From Octopus sinensis (taxonomy: Eukaryota): a DNA stretch of 64,000 nucleotides. Of this stretch, positions 37,851 through 53,170 are shown piece after piece. The stretch lies in NCBI RefSeq assembly GCF_006345805.1, contig NC_042998.1, positions 19,158,001-19,222,000 on the forward strand, read 5' to 3'. A model generated the notes under the pieces. That model saw only the letters and a program-made list of their open reading frames with translations. It was not told the DNA's origin and ran no database searches. The translations under genes were made by a program, and so were the position numbers. Within the stretch, counting starts at the first letter, position 1, and the number at the start of each line of letters is the position of its first letter.

Positions 37851-38042
37851 TACAAAGCCTAATATACCCATCAGGAATACCCCACTAATAGTATACTAGG
37901 TACATGCATTACAACCTTCGATACCTTGTATATATCGTCTTTCTATGTCAAATTTTATGTAGTGCATCCTAAATCATGTCATTATTTTTCTTGTTTTCCT
38001 GTCTAATATTATCATTAACATTGCCATTGCACAGCTTTATTA

Positions 38043-38085
<43 letters not shown>

Positions 38086-41000
38086 TGTTATTATTATTAT
38101 CATTATTATTATCATTATTGTGGTTTTTCTAGTGTTGACTGACGTAGTACGAATAAGTATATACATATGTATATATATATATATAATTTTTTTGCGTCTC
38201 ATTCATACATCATTACCCGATGAAATTTCCGTCCCATGCTTTTAAAACTGAACTACAATTTGATATACAGACGTTACGTTTCCATATTCAAATTGTTTAC
38301 CATTCATAGCTATGCCACAAATCATATAACTCAGCACATATCTTGAAGTAGATGAAGAAAATGAACAGGTTAGTGAAAAATTAAATACTCGAATTCTTCA
38401 TAGATAAGTCCTGGAGACACTGAATATAATAACAACTACAAGAGCAGAAGCAGCCCAGTCGAGATATCAGATACTGTTGTCTGTGGTCTGAAGGCACGAA
38501 CTCATTTAATTGTTGCAATAAAACAAGAAAACTGGAAGAACTTCATAAAACAGAATACGGATTCTTCCCTGGGATCTAAACCAGGGGCGGTAAACAGGAA
38601 AATGTATATCTTTGATAACGAAAGCGCGTGAATGGATTAAATAACCTTCTGGTGAAGTATTGCATTAAACTTTTCAAGTTTTATCGGGGAGGATACCCCA
38701 ATCTTAATTGTAACTTTACAATTGGACAAAGTGCCAAAACATGGGTTAAGATTGTGCAGCATACGTGCAATTATATATACATACATATATAAATTTTGTA
38801 CACTTTATTGGCGAAATAGACACGCGAGTGATGGTAGTTACATTAATATTGGAAACGAAATAGATTCGTGATTCGTCGTCACACTTGTATCGGTGTGAGA
38901 TAGAATGCCATCGAAAGTTTTTGTCTTCTCGCGCATGGAGTGGGTTTGAAAATGAATTTACAAGACCGACTAGCTATACAAATACCTAGTAAAAGGCATA
39001 GAGAGAAAGAGTATAAAATAATACAATAACTGACAGAACGCTGAAAGCCTAGTTTCTGAATTTGTTTAAGTAAAATATGCTTTTGATTAGAAGGAGCTGA
39101 AATAGTAAGGAAAAAATGGAAAATAAGTAAGGAAGAATTAGAATAAAAACAAGAATAAAAACAAGAACAACAACGTATCCCAATCATAAGCGCTCCATCG
39201 GCTTTCGGGGGATGGCAAAGTGAAGTCATTTTAGATACTGTATCAAAAATAAATGACTTCCTATTGAAGTAAAAATGTTCAATATGTGACCTTCCTCAGG
39301 AGATGAGTAAAAAAAAATACAGCTGAAAATGTATAAAGGATGGGTGAAGTACTTAAAACGAAAACAAAAATTAAAACAAAGCGAACAGTTTGAGAAGATG
39401 CAAGTTCTTTGAGATACGGAAATTCCTCGGTACTATTCTTATAACAAAGAAACTGATAGCAACGATGAACTAATATTATGGTTTTGTTGTTTTGGTGACT
39501 TTGTTGTTTTAATTTTCGACAAACTAGCAAACGGTTAATAGACAATATTACGCATCACTGGTGCTAATGTCTCGCTGAAGGATTTGTAGACTCAAAAGCA
39601 ATTATGTACACAAAGAAGGCAGCATACATATTATGGCGAACATGAAAGAGACTATACTCAAGATATCTGAAAAAAAAGTCTCAGAGTGAAATTGGTTGCA
39701 TTTACTTACAACGGAAATAATTAAGTAAACAGAGTCGTGGAGTGCTCTAACTCAACCAAACCAGTCATCTTTCTTCGTTTCTTTCATTAATATAATTCAG
39801 AGCAATTCTGCGTGTATGCAGTTACATATGTGAGTAAGTGCAGCAGCATATATACACATATCCATAATACATTTTTGTGTGTACGTGTGTGTATAGATGC
39901 TTTTGTATGTCTGTCTACCTTTCAAATTCTTAGCAAGAATTTCCATATTTTAGAGGCACGTACACATGTTCAGCCTACACCTTCTCCGTGTTCGTAAGCG
40001 TGCTCAACTTCCTTTCACACTCCATCTTTCCATAACTTTCCAAGTCATTCTGGGTAATAAATTCTAAGATTAATATTATTGTTACTGATCTTTAACTCGT
40101 TTCTTTGTCTTATACAATGTATTCCAAGTCTGAAGCTAGATGCTTTATTTTGAGTGTTATTCATGTCTAACAGTGGTATGTTTTAGAGAACGGAGAGCAG
40201 ACTCTGAGAAGACAGATTCTGGTAAATTTGTAACATTTCAGTTTCAATGTTGTAATAGAATCACCTATTTTCTAGTTAACAGTAATTTCATAAGGATGAA
40301 ATAGTTGTAGTTGAGGGTTTCCTTCCATTTGGTCGTAGAATTTAAGAACGCATTTTGCTATTATGCCCAGAGAACCAGTTATCATAGTTGCACTTCTTAT
40401 TCATAGATGTGAAAATTTTGAGACCTATATTTCAAGACTCTTGTTTTTACGTAAGTGTATTATTATTATTATTATTATTATTATATTATTATTATTATTA
40501 TTATTATTATCATCATTATTATTATTATTATTATTTTATCTTTGACTTTTGTTTTACATTTGTACAGATGAGTGAACCCATATCATCTTCTATACAGAGC
40601 ACCAGACCATACGATTTCGACATGTTTGTGGTCACCCTCAGTAGTGGATACTGGTCCGCTAGACATCGCAGTAGTTTACTTCAGCTCGCAACATATAGAA
40701 AACAAAAGAAACATTTACATATCCTGCAACGAGCAAATTATCTAGTTAAAAAATCTCTATAAGATATGGAAACAGTAACTATAACGAGTAATTTGACTGC
40801 AAATTATTCAGTAATGCTTCCACTTTGCCTCAATAATTCACTCCGTCAACAATTTCGTCGTGGTTAACTACTTCATGATAAAGGACACTCTTTATATCCT
40901 GCCAAATTCAAGGCTTAATTTTGGAAGATGTAATTCTGGTTTTGGTTATGAACTCTCTCTTTTCTTTGGTTGTACGCCACTGAGATTTTCGTTGGGTTTA

Positions 41001-42877
41001 TCGAGATCCCACTTTACCTCACTCGTGTCCATTCGAGTGAGGGAAAGGACGGCAGCACATCTATTCCTGAAATACGAGCAGAAAACAACGCTTTCATTAA
41101 ACCTAGGGGCAGTCAGTTGTTGAAGAACATTTCCTACTCCATAAATTTTTATTATTTTTTTTTTTATAATCGAAACTTGACTTGAGTTGAAGTTTCTTGC
41201 TAATAATCGTGCAACTTTCTTTAGAATTTTTGCGGCATTCACAAGTTCAATTTTGATAGAAGTTAGACGTCCAAAACTAGGGAAATCTACGAAAAAAAAA
41301 CACTTTTGCCGAGCGATACTCTTCAAAGAATCGTTGGAATATATTAGACAATTAAAATATCATTTCCGTAGACAGAACTAATATACTTCCTGCAGCTTTC
41401 CTTGCGAAAGAACTTATCTGAAATTAATACCACACGCAGTGCCTGGTATGTATCTAATCTAAACACATATTAAATGGGCAAAATCGGGAAGAAATTATCG
41501 ACTGTCGTAGAAAGTAATTTGCAAAAAAGAAAAAAAAATTAGAATATAAAGATTAAATGTTAATATATCCTTAGCATTGAAACGCTACTCTCGAAATCAT
41601 CATATTCAACATGCGCAGGGTTTTCTATCCAACCTAATGTTGCCCGTATTATGAGCTTGTCTATGTAACTGAAATTATAGCCGATGGAATATGTAATACC
41701 AATGTAGGAATATATTTATATTAAGGTATTCAATTCAATATCCGGGGAATACATACAAATATACATACATACTTACATATATAGGCAGACAGACAAAGAA
41801 AAAGAGAGAGAGAGGGGGGAGAAAGAGAGAAGTCCATTGAATACCACATTTTCTTGCTTCAAAAAAGAAATAAAAGAATAAAATTTAGTATATATTTAAA
41901 AAGAAGCGATTTCTAATGTCGGTAAAAGTAAAATAACTTTTACGATGAAAGAAAAAGGAATAAATTCATAAACCAACGCTAGTATAAGACGCGTATATAT
42001 TTATTTTATTGGTTTTGGCAAAAATTGAAAGTAAAGATAAACTTCGTATGAATTCAATAGAGAACCTGAATGAATGAAACTAAATACTGTAAGTCAATAC
42101 AGACGGCACTTTAAGTATTATACAATCTAATACCATCGTAACTACTACCGTTTAAACTTTGATATGAATGGTATAAATATTTATAAAAGGATTTTGTAAA
42201 CACATACGGAATATCTAAAGTATATCTCCACGCATTGATATGCAGATTGGCTTTTAGGATGCTATCAACAAAACCTCCACAATCTTAGTACAACAGTTAT
42301 AGACGAATAAATGGGTAAATAATTAAGACAGGTTTCTTTTTTTTTATCAAAATCACTACATTTCGGGTTCAGTCCAAATACGAGTCATCTGTGGAAAGAT
42401 TTTTCTATTATAAACATATATTCACCCTTTTTAAACAACGTGTGTTGAGAGAAACCAGGGAAGCTTTGAGATTGATTACCCTAATGGTCCAAATTGCTTG
42501 TCTTGACACTCCTTTTATATTTTGATTTTGACTAATTATTACGAAAAGGACAGAAGCGAAGTATTTGGACACAGCCTGAAAATACAGCATAAATAAGGAA
42601 TCGTTGAAACCGATGAAGATGAATTGCTTTCGTTTTTCAAAATAGAATATTTTTTTTAAGGTATCAATATTTATGAAGTTCGGCTTGTGTAATTTCATAG
42701 TTGAAAACATCACAGTTTATAGATTCGAAACTAATTTGAAAACAACTTTATGTTATTGATGATATTATAATCAGGTACGACAAATTGTTATTCTTGTATG
42801 TTAAGTACAAACGCATAAACATACCATGAAGCATCGCTTTAAGATACACGACGTATTTTGTAAATATGCCTGTTCAA

Positions 42878-43425
42878 AGGCGACGAGCTCGAAGAAAGGT
42901 TAGCAAGCCGGGCGAAATGCTTATCGGTATTTCGTCTGCCGTTACGTTCTGAGTTCAAATTCCGCCGAGGTGGATTTCCTTTCATCCTTTCGGGGTTGAT
43001 TAAATAAGTACCAGTTACGCTCTAGAGTCGATATAATCGACTTAATCCGTTTGTCTGTCCTTGTTCGTCCTCTCTGTGTTTAGCTCATTCTGGGTAGTAA
43101 AGAAATAGGTATTTCGTCTGCCGGTACGTTCTGAGTTCAAATTCCGCCGAGGTCGACTTTGCTTTTCATCATTTCGTAGTACCAGTTACGCACTGTGGTC
43201 TATATAATCAACTTAATCTCTTTATCTCTCCCCTCTATGTTTAGCCCATTGTGGGCAATAAAGAAATAAGAAACGTTAGCACGCCAGGCAAACTGCATAA
43301 CGCTATTTCGTCTGCCGTAACGTTTTGAGTTCAAATTCCGCCGAGGTCGACTTTGCTTTTCATTCTTTCGGGGTCAATTAAATAAGTATCAGTTACGCAC
43401 TGGAGTCGATGTAATCGATTCAATG
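42878..43425 (+). mobile_element. SINE family B trimer
   Basis: Junction GAAATAG|GTATTTC at 43109; second junction GAAATAA|GAAACGTTAGC near 43270. Confidence 0.88.
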
Positions 43426-45271
43426 CCTTTGTTCGAGTATCATAAGAGCATGAAATTATTTGTAAACTCGATAAGTGGTGTGCTTATATATATATATATA
43501 TACATATACAAAGACGTGTGTGTGTGTGTGCGTGCGTAGATAGCTACAAATATATTATAGATTGTTTTCATCTAACAAAAAAAAATACGCCACATTAAAA
43601 TGGATAATCGTAGAAAGACCATCTGCTATTTTTTCCCGTTAAATGATGTTAGAACTGAAATATAAATCATATTTTTCAAGAAGCCATCTACAAATACTAT
43701 GTTGCATATTACACCTGCCATATATACAGATGCCGCACAATATCATAACAATACCTTCCACAGAATTAGTTGCGAAGATAGAATTACACAACAATCGCAT
43801 AAAACACACACAAACAGCACAGAATGAAGCGTTGCTTGATTTACACAACACATAGCTACACTGATTATGAAAAATTTTGTTGACCCTAATTAACAGACAT
43901 TTTCCACGAAAACACAAATACAAGGAATGTTTTAACGAAAACAATAAATATTTCTCTTTCAGCTATACTTAATTGCACGCAGATTAATTATTCCCCTAAT
44001 AATCAAAAGCAAAATGAAACAAGTGAAAATTCTAACAATATCAAACTCAGTTTGAGTAATACCAATAATCATATATCTAAAGACACGTCATTGCCGCAAG
44101 TACCAACTACCAGAACGGCAGGAAGTAATAAGTCGTACTTAATTCTCTTTTGTTGAATTCTTGTAACCCATTGTAAATGAGAATAATCGTACTCGACTTA
44201 GAATACGAGTAGTTCTACCCGAGTTAGTTAGCAATAGATGAATTAAATTATCTAAATAATCTATTCCATGAATATATGGTTTTGTACGTCGTAAACATGG
44301 CATTTTACGCTTGCATAGACGCACGAAGGTGATAGATAAAGCAGGAAAATTCACACAAGTAAGCATATGCCCATATGCAGCTACAACATAATAATTAGCA
44401 TTAAGAATTCCAACCTCGAAAATTTATCAATACTATTTTGTTAATTTAGTAAAGTGGCAAGTTGTCATACGGGATAAAATATTTAGCTGCATTTCGTCCA
44501 TTTGTTCAATTGACTTCGCCTCTTATCCTTTCTGAGTCAATGAAATATGTACCAGTTTTGCATTACAGTTAATGTAACCGACTTTGCTCCTCCTGGAAAA
44601 TTGCTGGACTTGTGCTAAAATTTCAACACAATATTTTAAGCATAAAACTCAACCGAAAATAATATAAAACTACGCCAATAAGAAAGACACTCGATGCATT
44701 GTCTGTATTATCCATACAGGCATTCTAATAATGCACCGTAACTAGCAACATAAGACAAGAATTCCTGCCAGTTGACATTTTAGAAATAAACCATATACGT
44801 CATCCAATAGTAAAATGGAAATCCGCAGCGAAAGAGTAAAAAGCCAAGTAAAGTTAGAAAAGAATAATGGATATGAGTCAACTTCACAGTTAATCTAAAT
44901 ATAGTGACAAGTCTTGTAAATATTTTTTAATATTAATCTACAAACATTTGTCAAAAAGCTACAGATACCATGAATTATTTAACAAAAACGGAGAATTAAA
45001 ATACATATGAAGAAGAATACAAAAGTATGCATGTGAGTCAGAAAATAAGTAACTAGGTAGAATTGTACATCTTTCCTCCAAATAGACGTACGACCTCAAA
45101 GAAAAGAAGTTGAATCTCTAATGTTAAGTGGAAATAGCATAGAAAAAAAGTGGTGTACAATGTAGGATATAGCAAGAGGAATATACAAGTCAAAAATGTA
45201 CAGGAAGTGGTTCATCGAAAAGATATCTGCACACAGTACATACATATACATATATATGTGTATGTATATGC

Positions 45272-45329
<58 letters not shown>

Positions 45330-45337
45330 GCTATATA

Positions 45338-45746
45338 TACTCTTTTACTTGTTTCAGTCATTTGACTGCAGCCATGCTGGAGCACCGCCTTTAGTCGAGC
45401 AAATCGACACCGGGACTTATTCTTTGTAAGCCCAGTACTTATTCTATCGGTCAATTTTGCCGAACCGCTAAGTGACGGGGACGTAAACACACCAGCATCA
45501 ATTGTCAAGCAATGCTAGGGAGATAAACACAGACACACAAACACATACTCACACATACACATATATATATATACATATATACGACCAGGCTTCTTTCAGT
45601 TTCCGTCTACCATATTCACTCACAAGGCATTGGTCGGCCCGGGGCTATAGCAGAAGACACTTGCCCAAAATGCCACGCAGTGGGACTGCACCCGGAACAA
45701 TCTGGTTGGTTAGCAAGCCACTTACCACACAGCTACTCCTGCACCT
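45338..45746 (-). mobile_element. SINE family A (full length)
   Basis: Colinear with 1472-1884. Confidence 0.9.
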
Positions 45747-45758
45747 ATTATATATATA

Positions 45759-45839
<81 letters not shown>

Positions 45840-48194
45840 ATGTATGCATGTATAAGGAAAATAAGACAAGGTAGAAAATGCTAAAATAGTATTATCATGA
45901 AGAAAATTCTAGTACCAGTTCCAGTATTTGCGACTTCTTCAATAGATTTTAAAAGCAAAGGATATTTCCCTTTTTTCTGTTTCTCTATGTCTCTCTTTCT
46001 GATTCATGTGAGGTCTTGGTAGCAGGTAGTAGTAGTCCTAATACTTGATATGAGTTCCTGGTTTTGGTCATTTAAGCATATATGTATGTTTGAATGTATG
46101 TATGTAAGTATGTATGTATGTATGTATGTATGTATGTATGTATGTATGTATGAATATACATACACACATATATAAATAGATGCATGCATATATTCCTCTA
46201 TCTCCCTTCTCCTCTCTCTTTCTCTCTGTACAAGATTCAAATACTGTTTCGAGGCTAATTTATAGTCTACAAAATATAACTAAAGTTATGATGGATAGTT
46301 CTACTTCTAAGTAACGTTCCATGTTACAACAAGTCGCTGTAAATGCAATGAAATTTTGTTATACATATTCTTATCAAAATAAATTAGACACTGAATCACA
46401 GAAGTTCATTTTCATAACATGGCAGATTAAATACAGAATAGTAGTGCTCATTACAATCACGAAATTGACCACGACTCGTGATTATTTCGACAGGGAAAGC
46501 AACACGACCAACAAATTAAGCCCTGAAAACGAATTATAATTTAAGTTGCCAGAAATATTAACCTCAACATCTGACATTAGTAAACCACATTTAGCCGCGT
46601 AACACAAAATTCTGACAGTGTCAATACTGAAATAAATATAGCAAGAATATAAAGCAATGGCTATATTAATAAAAACATCCATAAAAGAGAAAAAGAACTG
46701 AGTTCACCAACAAATCCGAGAGAAATATCCAGTAAATCCCTGCCAGAGTCAAATTATCCAAAGTAAATGTATAACCATTCATAGAAAAGTGATATACTCG
46801 GAAACCTAATGCCAGCGACATTGATATCTTTGCTTCAACTTTAGTTTAATTTCATTAAACACGGTTAGCCAACACTGAGTTTGGGATTGGTTGTTTGGGA
46901 AATAAATAATACAATTTAATTCAGATGCATATATTTCCACGTAGCTATTTGTTGAAGTTGAACAGAATTATTTATTTTAGAGGGAAGCGATATTAAGATT
47001 TCATTATTACTATTGACAATGTGTAATTTTGTAATTGTAATAGCGAAAATGCTTAAAGGTTTCTTTTATGTTTAATAATATAATGCTAGAAAGTATATCA
47101 TATTACAAAAAGCATGACTGTCACACTACTCTAATGTATCAGTTGAGATCTAACAACAATTCCATAAGCAAATGACATCCCAATAGGTAATCTGAACATC
47201 ACCGATTCCGAAATCGTAGCATTGCAATCGTATGATTATCGCAGAATGTTGTTACCTCAAAAGTTGGAACATATTTAAACGTCGCTACACATTTTTCAGA
47301 TTAAGAGAATATATCTGCACGAATACCTTTTTTGCAGCTTTCCTTCATGGTCGTGAATATAGGTTGTAAGAGCAGAGGGTCCCTTCTTTTCACCGAATGA
47401 AACACGGTAAATCATTCAGGAGATATGCAATTTTGTAAATTCTCAGGTAACTGTAATTTTAGTAGAGACTTTAAATTTGCCCTTTCACAACATAAATAAA
47501 ATATTCCTATTATGTGGGCTATGTTTGAAATTCTTTCTTCAATGTGATTTGGTGGACACTATGAAATGTACTCACTTTCGGGGTTTTCAACTTTATCCTC
47601 TTTCGCCCCGTCCAACCACAGTTTATGTTTGAAGGAATTATTTTATGGTGTGTATGATAAATCTGACACCAAACAGGTTCAGCATCGATTTTGCATTGGT
47701 ACTTTTAAGAGAAATATAAAGCATTTTCTCAACTAGATATAAGGAAGCCCTTAGCTGCATATATTCAACAATGATGTTACGCAGAAGTGCCTAGTTTCGT
47801 GGAATCCCCACCCACTTCTTTCAGTATTTTGCAAAATATAAAAGATTATCCTTCAAATTGTTTTTTAATTCAACCATGACATTCGTGATAGCAAAATATT
47901 TATATCCTCGTCCCAAGATTATTATTCCTAGCGTTACTTCCTCTGTTATTTTAAAGTTGTCTTCGAATTCCTGCATCATAATAAGAGTCTTCCTGTTATA
48001 ATGGTGAGGGAATGTAGACCATACCCTTTTGAATATTTTTAGCTTAGTATTGAAGGGCAATGCTTTAATACGTCGTATGTGAATTGACACATGACAGTTC
48101 ACTGTTAAATTTAGTGAGATAACTGAGCTTTGAGACAACTTTAAATGAAACAAAGTAATAATAATGATTTCAAATTTTGGTGAGGTTAGCAATT

Positions 48195-48340
48195 TCGACT
48201 GCATATACTTCAGTACTTAACCGGTACGTATTTTATCGACTCCGAAAGGATGAAAGGCAAAGTAGACCTCGGCGAACATTCAACTCACAACGTAAAGACG
48301 GGCGAAAGTTTGTCCGGCATGCTAACGATTCTGCGGCCTT
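48195..48340 (-). mobile_element. degenerate SINE-B-type fragment
   Basis: TTTATCGACTCCGAAAGGATGAAAGGCAAAGT.GACCTCGGCG. Confidence 0.7.
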
Positions 48341-48639
48341 TGACAAAGTTATAATAAAACAACTGACATTAGCCATACAAATTCACAACTATCAACTAGT
48401 CGACGAAAAGAGAGACCAAATAAGCATCATCACCCTTGCAAAAATGACTCGAATTAAATAAGTTCAATCACTTAAACGTCTGTGGTGATAGAGAAAGCTA
48501 CTTACATTTTGTCAATTTTATATTCTTGAGTTACGGAGATATGATGTTAATTGAAGCGGGGGAAAAGCAAGGTAATCACAAACGCAACTTCCGACCACCA
48601 TATAAGTTCCTGGTTTTGTGAATCTACAAATCACCCCGG

Positions 48640-50125
48640 CGAAAGTCTTCTTGAGCCAGTAAGTGGGGGTAGTGCAGTGCAGGCTACACCCACTGAAAAT
48701 TATTCATCTGCAGAGGTATTTTATGTGCAACAAATCGTATTAAAATCATCGAATTGTTTCGAAGAAACCTCAAACTGCATTTGTAACTTTATCAAAAATG
48801 TCTCAAACATATTCAGTAAATGGCAAAAAAAAAAAGGCTTGAGAGCGTCAGCGGAACAGGTCTGGCTCGATTTTTACTTCACTCATTAATGACCTGTTAT
48901 AGGCTGACGATTGCGATCTAGTCAGTCATTCTGAAACAGGTATGCAATCTCTTGTATCTACATTTGACTCAGTTTTTGATTATTTTGGCTTGACCATCAA
49001 CTTGAAAGCAATCAGTTGTAATTTTTGAAACTGCATTTGCTGCTGTTTACGACTCCACTATAAGTTTTGTTAATGTTAAGTTACTTGCGGTTTTTGATTC
49101 ACTAATCTACCTTGGAAGCACTGTACAAAATGACTGAAATCTGGACACAGAAATACATCTACGAATTCAAAGGGCAGCACAAGCATTTGGTGGTTTGGAG
49201 TCATGCGTTTAGCGCCAACGACATAAATAACAACACAAAATTGACTCTTTACAAATCCTTTGCCTTACCATCTCTGTTGTATTTCTCTGAAACATGTACA
49301 TATTATGAAAGACATTTCAAATTGTTAGAACTATGCCACAAAAAATGCCTTCGTCATATTTTAAACATTAAATGGAGTTATTTTACTCCAAACACAGATG
49401 TCCTTGCGTCTGCAGGCATCACTTCAATTAAAGCAGTGACTCTGAAAAAGCAAATTACATAGTCTGGTGATATTATTCGAATGGCGGATGACCACACACA
49501 TAAACAGTTGTTTTATGTTGAGGTTGCAGTGAGGAATCGCAATCAGCGTAAATCTAAAAATTGATTTAAGGACGGTAGAAGGACTAACATGAAGCAACTT
49601 GGACTGGATCCAGAGGAATAGTAACCTTTGCTTCGGATCGAGTTGGATGGCGAACAAAAGCGTGGAGTGGAGCGTAAGCGTTTGAAGAGGCCAGAATAAC
49701 GCATGCAAGACTCAAGAGGGATTTAATGAAGAATGTTAGGACCGAGAAGGTGAATCACAATGATCTTTTTGTGTGCATAGTTTGTGACAAACCATACCGT
49801 TCTATTGCTGGGCTCAAATCCCATTTGCAGACGCATGAAAATCGAACCTCCACTAACTATTCTACATATATGTCTGTGCACTCCTTTCAATGCCATGTAA
49901 GCTGTAAGGCCTGCAAATCTACGGAGGCCTCAAAACACATTTTAAGATGCACAAATTCAGAACATATATGCTGATCATGGTCGGCCAAATCGGATATGCA
50001 ATATGTATGGGTCTCTTTTCAATACATTGTCTGGTTTACAAAACCACATCACACGCCATGGAGGATCTAAGATGTAGGTACATGAGGTGGCCAAACACTG
50101 CATAAGGAGTAGACAAACACCATAT
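48640..50125 (+). mobile_element. decayed RTE-clade LINE 3' portion (RT C-terminal half + C2H2 fingers)
   Basis: LINDLL*ADDCDLVSHSETGMQSLV..F..FGLTINLK (YADD motif); LYKSFALPSLLYFSETCTYY..H.KCLRHILNIKW; WSGDIIRMAD; CIVCDKPYRSIAGLKSHLQTH; many stops and frameshifts. The 5' limit is approximate. Confidence 0.85.
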
Positions 50126-50141
50126 GTATATATTATATATA

Positions 50142-50198
<57 letters not shown>

Positions 50199-50900
50199 GT
50201 GTGTGTCTCTACATCGCCATATATATATATAAACATATACACACAGACAAACACACACACACGCACACATATATATTTATATATATATATATTATATATA
50301 TATATATATATGTATTTATGCATATATTTGTATTTATGTATGATATATACGAGTGCGTGTGTGCCTCTTTGCGTGTGTGTGTGTGTGTGCACGGCTCAGT
50401 CTGTCTGTATCAGTGTATTCAGTTATACCATATAATTTAACATCTGCTTTTCTGCATTTTTCTACAAGGCTATTCTGACGAGGTTTTAATGGAAAACAAA
50501 CAAAACTTAGACATATGTAATTAATGATAATGCGAGAGAGAAAACAATCGACATTATAAATGAAACGCGAACTGCTACAGGTTACTATATATAGCACATC
50601 AATCAGCTATTGATTTCTTGCTATGCAACTGAAAGTCATCTATATATTCGTTCTCTCAAATTCATACGCAGCAGCTATGGGTATTTCCCTCTACCCTTAT
50701 ATAGACAAGAACACATGTAGAAATGACTGCTGTCTATGACGTAAATTACATCGTTCGATACCAAGCGCTAGTCTTCCAACTACTTATTTATATAATCAGT
50801 GATGCAATAGGCATTATTTTATTTGCTTGTATGTTATGTGTAGAAATATAAACACAAATTAATTCTATGCAGATTTATTGCTGATATAAATGTATTAAAT

Positions 50901-51202
50901 CTCTTTTGCTCTTTTATTTGCTCCAATTTTTTGAATGTGGCCTTGCTGGAGCACTGCATTTAGTCGAGCAAATCAACCCCAGGACTTATTCTATCGGTCT
51001 CATTTCCCGAAGCGTTAAGTTACGAGGACGTAAACATACCAGCATCGGTTGTCAAGCGTTGTTGGGGGGACAAACACGGACACACATACATATACACACA
51101 ACATACAAATATATATATGTATATATGTGTGTGTGTTTGTGTATGTATACATATATACGACGGGCTTCTTTCAGTTTCCGTCTACCGAATCCACTCACAA
51201 GG
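50901..51202 (-). mobile_element. SINE family A, 5'-truncated
   Basis: Matches the 3' three-quarters of family A. Confidence 0.8.
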
Positions 51203-51528
51203 ATTTGCCATTAAAGAAGTACTGAAAAAAAGAAGTGAGATTACGGAAGAAAAGAACGAGATGAAGAAAACTATTGAATAAATGACAAATATAACGAGAT
51301 AGCGGAAAAAAGATAGAAGAAAGTGAGAAACCACTTAAAATGAGGAACCGAAATTAAAAGATAGAAATTTAGTCTTTATAGAAAAATCATGAAAAGGGAT
51401 AATTCATGAAAATTGTAGCAGAATCTGACATATATAAATACATACACACGCATACACACACACACATGTATACATACACACATACATATATACATACATG
51501 CACACACACACGTATATGTATATATATG

Positions 51529-51559
<31 letters not shown>

Positions 51560-51569
51560 ATCTATATAC

Positions 51570-51790
51570 CGTGTTTGAGAAGACCTGCAAAACCAAATAA
51601 GATAGAAGTCGGGGCCGATGCCGGCGTTGCGTAACTGGCACTGGCGTGAGTGAGGTCATCCAGACGTAGAAATCATTCCAGATCAAATTCGGATCCTGTG
51701 GAACTCCCCATCGTACCAATTTTCAGACAAAGGGTCCACACGTTCCAGCAAGGAAACGGACGTTAAATGATGATGGTGATGATGATGATA
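51570..51790 (+). mobile_element. 3' fragment of another SINE/LINE family ending GGACGTTAAA(TGA)n
   Basis: GCCGATGCC...ACTGGC...GGAAACGGACGTTAAATGATGATGGTGAT, a retroposon-type simple-repeat tail. Confidence 0.5.
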
Positions 51791-52639
51791 TATATATATA
51801 TATACATATATAAATGTATGTAAGTGTCGTATGCGCCTGTAGGTGGGCGTATGTTTGAGTGTGTGCGTATATATATATATATTATATATATATATATATA
51901 TATACATACGTAGCTGTGCATGTATGCATATATTTATATATATAGAAACATAGATATGTAGATCTAGAGTGTGAAAGTTAGCTTATGCGTGGGTGTGCGA
52001 CAGTATGTGTGTCGAACGATTAGACATTTGATTTATATGTAAATCCACACAAACTCCTGATATTGAAATACATAGAACTTAGTGTTGGATATCGTATGCA
52101 ATTAGTATGCCCTACGTATATTGTTATGTTCTTAATGTCTATAAAGGTACTATTGCCTCTTTTTTATTCGATTTTATGTGTCGTTTACATTTGGAAGTAC
52201 ACGGCACATTATATACTACAGAAATATGGCGAAATATTTTCCTGAATGTAACGACACCGTGCGGGACGGTAATCATTTAGCTACAGCTAACTTATTACAG
52301 GTGTACATAACCTACAAAACTTGCTCCTGTAAAATGTCCTGTAATAAATCTAAGTATTACTATTCTTAATTTTCCAATGCAACCTTGGTAATAGAGAAAT
52401 AATTGTGCATTAACTGGACATACAACTCATTAATAACGTATCAAGTCTACCTATCAGTCTATTTCTACTTTCATATTACATTTGTTCTTCCACTTCTTCA
52501 TTACCGACATCATAATCGTTGTCGTCGTACTTTTCATTATCATCACCACCGGCAACCTCTCCATTTCATTCTTCTTTTTTTCCTTTTCTACTTCATCTTT
52601 TGCTTCTTCCTCAACATCTTTGTCATCGCAGACACACAC

Positions 52640-52697
52640 ACACACTTACACGTATATGTATACACACACGCACATATATATAATATATATGAATATT

Positions 52698-52755
<58 letters not shown>

Positions 52756-52877
52756 CATATATATATATATATACATATATATATACATATATATATACAT
52801 ATACATATATATACATATATATATGAATATATATATATATACACACATATATATATGTATATATGTATATATATATG

Positions 52878-52968
<91 letters not shown>

Positions 52969-52977
52969 TATATATAC

Positions 52978-53030
<53 letters not shown>

Positions 53031-53170
53031 TTATACATTACAGATATATATACATATGTACATACATACAGACATATATTTATACATGCTGCATACATAC
53101 ATATGTATAAAATACATAGTCATATGTAAATTCCTGTGTGTATATGTATGTGTGTGAGTGTTTGTGTGTG
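52640..53170. repeat. long degenerate (TA)n microsatellite
   Basis: About 500 bp of TA with CA/TG interruptions; source of seven artefact ORFs. Confidence 0.95.

Noticed and set aside
38380-39230. Possible very old Dong-like LINE debris (LKARTHLIVA; IPIISAPSAFG)
   Set aside because: Two short look-alike motifs without a colinear frame; needs a profile search.
40946-41326. 126-aa minus-strand ORF with a GAG|GTAAAG donor-like site
   Set aside because: No recognisable domain or acceptor; crosses a poly-A run.
47821-48204. 127-aa minus-strand ORF
   Set aside because: No recognisable motif or splice support; compatible with a chance ORF in AT-rich DNA.
52403-53129. 235-aa and overlapping YI-repeat ORFs
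   Set aside because: (TA)n microsatellite artefacts; the same applies to ORFs near 10745, 11356, 50036 and 59202.
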